Below, piece by piece: positions 61,017-64,000 of a stretch of 64,000 bases of DNA (position 1 is the first letter of the stretch; each line of letters starts with the position of its first letter). The stretch lies in assembly GCA_963668675.2 (NCBI GenBank), contig CAXXMB010000001.1, positions 320,001 through 384,000 of the forward strand, in the 5' to 3' direction. The notes under the pieces were generated by a model. The model searched no databases. It saw only the letters and a program-made list of their open reading frames with translations, and had not been told where the DNA came from. Both the position numbers and the translations under genes were made by a program. This stretch comes from an uncultured Desulfatitalea sp. Its GTDB lineage: Bacteria > Desulfobacterota > Desulfobacteria > Desulfobacterales > Desulfosarcinaceae.

Positions 61017-64000
61017 TCAGTCAGCTTCCTCGTTCCGGATCGGGAGCGGGCATGCTCCGGTCTCCCCTTGCCGGCGGGCGGCGATGCCTTTGGCGGCTGC
61101 AATGGAGCTGGCCGGGGTCGTAATGTTAGCGATGCGGTAGCGAATGGCCGCTTGGCGGATGTAGCTTCCGTCCTTTTGGCTCTGACCGCCAGTGGGGGTG
61201 TTGATGACCATCTGCACCCGTCCGCTCTTCATCTCATCAACCAGGTTGGGTCGTCCGAAACCGAGTTTGCGGACCACCTTGGATTGAATGCCGTTTTCAG
61301 CGAGCACCTCATGGGTGCCGCGGGTGGCCATAATTTCGAACCCCAGCTCCTGGAAGATGCGCGCCGGCTCAAGCAGGCTGGGTTTGTCTTCGTCGGTGAC
61401 GGTGATCAGCACTGTTCCCTGCAGGGGCAGCGGCGTCTCTGCGGCTTCAAGTGCCTTGAAGTAGGCCATCCCAAACGAGTCTGCCATGGCCAACACGTCG
61501 CCCGTGCTTTTCATGCGGGTGCCCAAAAGCGGGTCCATTTGGGGAAAGACATTAAAAGGGAAGACCGCTGCCCGCACCCCGATACAGGGGGTATTCGAGT
61601 GCCTCTTTGCTACGATCTCCAGAGGCGCCCCGAGAATGAGGTGGGTGGCCAGACGGGCCACTGGAAGCTGGCTGGTCTTGGCGACCAATGCCATGTTGCG
61701 GCTCATGCCATAGGTTGCATCCAGGAGATAAACCGTGTCTCTGTAGATGGCGAAACGCAGATTGAAGGCGCCCCTTGCACCAATTTCCAAAATGACTTTG
61801 CGGGCGTACTCCACAATGGTCTCCGTATGTCGGGGAGCGATGCTGTATGGCGGCGAGACCCAAGCCGAATCCCCTGCATTCACTCCGGCCAGCTCGATGT
61901 GCTCCAGCACCGCAGCCACATGCACCGTGCCGGCATCGCTCAGAACCTCGGCCTGGGCCTCGATGGCAAACTCAAGGAAGCGCTGGATAAAGAGGGGATT
62001 GTCCTGGTCGATGGTGTGCAGATCCATGTACTCGTTAAGCATCTCGCTATTTGAGATCAATTGTGCCTGCTTGACACCATTGGCGTGGGCCGGTTCAACC
62101 AGTAGCGGAAAGTCGATCTCTGCCGATTTGGCCAGTGCTGCCTCCCGGTTGTGGACCAGGGCGGCTGAAGGCTGTGGGATGCCCAGCTCACGAATTCGGC
62201 TCCAGAGGGACGGCCTGCTCTGCAGCAGTTGCACCTGCTCGCCGGAAATGCCCATGATGGCAATGCCAGACCCGCTCAGTTCTGGGACCAATTCGTGACA
62301 GCTGGATCCTGCAAACTGAAAGATGATGCCTCCGGCATTCTCCGCATCAGCCACCGATCGCACGGAGGCCGCAGTGACCGCTTCGCAGTAGCATTTAGCG
62401 GGAAACGACGGCCCGGTGGTGAGGCTGGCAAGATTGGAGTTGATGATAACGGGACGGAAACCGGCTTCCTTTACTGCCTTGGCCGCATGGTAGAGGCCAT
62501 GGTCGCATTCGCTGCCCTGTCCGATCTGTTCGGGACCGCTACCTAATAACAGAATGGTCCCCTTCGCTTGTGAATCGGATGTGTCAGTGAGATTGAACGT
62601 GCTGACGGGCGCAGGGATGTTTGAGGTTGTGCCGGCGGCAGTGCCGGAAGGGTCGCTTTCGAGCTCCTCCTTTACAACGAGTTGAAGCTGTTCGATAAAC
62701 CCTGGCGCAATCTGGGTCCTTTGGGCCAGTTCATCCACCGTAGCGCCGCGGCGGAACGCTTCGCAGACCAACGCCGGTCTTCTGCTGTTCGGTATCGCCA
62801 GCAGGGAATGGAGGCGGTCATCGGTCATCGCCGCCACAGCCGGGGCGTCTGCCTGGCTGTAACGGTTCGTGTTGGATGCATACAGCGCTTTTTGCAGTGC
62901 CTCTTTGAAGCTGCGGCCCAGGGCCAGGCCCTGTCCGACGGATTGCATCTGGGGGCCGAGAAGATCCGAATGCGCTTCCAGTCTTTCAAATTCCCAACGC
63001 GGCCATTTAACCGCGACGATGTCGGTCTTCAAGGGCAGGGAGAGGGCGTAGGGCGATGGAATCCGGGGCCAGGTCAACCCTGCGGACAGAAGGGCTGCGA
63101 TACGCCCGATGGCGATGCCGTATGCACGTGAAACGAGGGCGGAGGTTCTCGTGTAGCGCGGATGCACGGCAAGTATCAGCGATTGGTTCCCTTCCGACTG
63201 ATATGCGAAACGGATGGTGGCACTGCCAACGATATTGAAGTGGTCTGCCACCGTTGCAGCCTGATCCTCCATGTGTTTTCGCATCTGTTCTGCAATGGTC
63301 TGGGGGGGGACGACGCCGATGGCGTCACCGGGGTGGACGTCGGCATTCTGCATATATTCAACGATGCCCACAGCCAGGGTGACACCTTCACCATCCCTTA
63401 GAATTTCCACTTCGGCCTGATGCCAGTCGCGCAGGGATGCCTCCACCGACAGCGTAATGCCATCCTCTTTGGCCATCGGGGCCACCTGGCTGCGCAGCTC
63501 ATCCTGATTGTACACCAGGACGCCATCGGGGATGAGATTGGCATCGTCGCATCTGAGTGTGACCGGGAAGCCGATCTCCTGCGCTTTTTCAATGGCGGAT
63601 TCGACATCGTGAATGGCGTGTACGGCAGGAGTGGCCATGCCGATCTCCGACAGGGTCGATGTCAACGCATCGCGCTCCAAAAGGGCCTGCAGGGACTGAA
63701 TCGGCGTTCCCCATATCTGGGGGCGACGATCGCCTGTCCCGGCGTGCTGTTCCCACAGGACTGCCAGATGGAGACCTGTCCTTCCGCCAAAGATGGGGAC
63801 AATGGCGTCGGGGCGCTCCTCATCAACGATGCGCTCGACCGTTTGTACGGTAAGCGGTTCAAGGTAGGCTCGGTCGACGATGTCGGTATCGGTTAACAGT
63901 GCGTTGGGATTGGCATCCACGGAGACGACCCGGCAGCCGGCTTCCTGAAGTGCAGAGGCGGCCTCTGCAGCGCCCTCGTCGCATTCGGCCGACTGCCCGA
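61017..64000 (-). CDS. carB: Degenerate carbamoyl-phosphate synthase large-subunit paralog (5' end outside window)
   Basis: GQSAECD, YLEPLT, GSGPEQIGQGSECD, EHIELAGV, MKSTGDV, well-conserved MGS domain; frame stays open to the window edge. Confidence 0.85.
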   Translation of the reverse strand, partial: GQSAECDEGAAEAASALQEAGCRVVSVDANPNALLTDTDIVDRAYLEPLTVQTVERIVDEERPDAIVPIFGGRTGLHLAVLWEQHAGTGDRRPQIWGTPIQSLQALLERDALTSTLSEIGMATPAVHAIHDVESAIEKAQEIGFPVTLRCDDANLIPDGVLVYNQDELRSQVAPMAKEDGITLSVEASLRDWHQAEVEILRDGEGVTLAVGIVEYMQNADVHPGDAIGVVPPQTIAEQMRKHMEDQAATVADHFNIVGSATIRFAYQSEGNQSLILAVHPRYTRTSALVSRAYGIAIGRIAALLSAGLTWPRIPSPYALSLPLKTDIVAVKWPRWEFERLEAHSDLLGPQMQSVGQGLALGRSFKEALQKALYASNTNRYSQADAPAVAAMTDDRLHSLLAIPNSRRPALVCEAFRRGATVDELAQRTQIAPGFIEQLQLVVKEELESDPSGTAAGTTSNIPAPVSTFNLTDTSDSQAKGTILLLGSGPEQIGQGSECDHGLYHAAKAVKEAGFRPVIINSNLASLTTGPSFPAKCYCEAVTAASVRSVADAENAGGIIFQFAGSSCHELVPELSGSGIAIMGISGEQVQLLQSRPSLWSRIRELGIPQPSAALVHNREAALAKSAEIDFPLLVEPAHANGVKQAQLISNSEMLNEYMDLHTIDQDNPLFIQRFLEFAIEAQAEVLSDAGTVHVAAVLEHIELAGVNAGDSAWVSPPYSIAPRHTETIVEYARKVILEIGARGAFNLRFAIYRDTVYLLDATYGMSRNMALVAKTSQLPVARLATHLILGAPLEIVAKRHSNTPCIGVRAAVFPFNVFPQMDPLLGTRMKSTGDVLAMADSFGMAYFKALEAAETPLPLQGTVLITVTDEDKPSLLEPARIFQELGFEIMATRGTHEVLAENGIQSKVVRKLGFGRPNLVDEMKSGRVQMVINTPTGGQSQKDGSYIRQAAIRYRIANITTPASSIAAAKGIAARRQGETGACPLPIRNEEAD

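Overview
Chromosomal backbone window from a sulfate-reducing deltaproteobacterium, most consistent with Desulfobacterales (inferred from qrcABCD, System II cytochrome c maturation, spd-type EF-G and fused HisHF). Gene content: resB-ccsA, qrcABCD plus an unannotated 52-aa membrane ORF, murA, eno, pyrG, a khpA paralog, an orphan ABC binding protein, a split GAF/HisKA + HisKA/HATPase kinase pair, an AlgI-type MBOAT with an AlgJ-like/SASA fusion, radC, hisHF, a MocR regulator with pdxST, lgt, an Omp85-like barrel protein, PilZ-MCP-cheW-HAMP genes, a membrane protein/VWA lipoprotein pair, mtaB-mnmA, fusA, a CoA-transferase-GNAT fusion, rsmG, a large repeat surface protein behind a sigma54 promoter and c-di-GMP-I riboswitch, and a degenerate carB. 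No tRNA, rRNA, CRISPR, integrase or transposase was recognised. Intergenic gaps carry two kinds of REP/MITE-like composite elements. The most striking theme is intact ORFs whose catalytic residues are specifically replaced: CarB (both ATP-grasp sites), the CoA-transferase Glu->Gln in a GNAT fusion, the MocR PLP Lys->Gln, the AlgJ Asp/His/Ser and a gluzincin HExxH. All family calls come from motif recognition by eye; no database searches were run.
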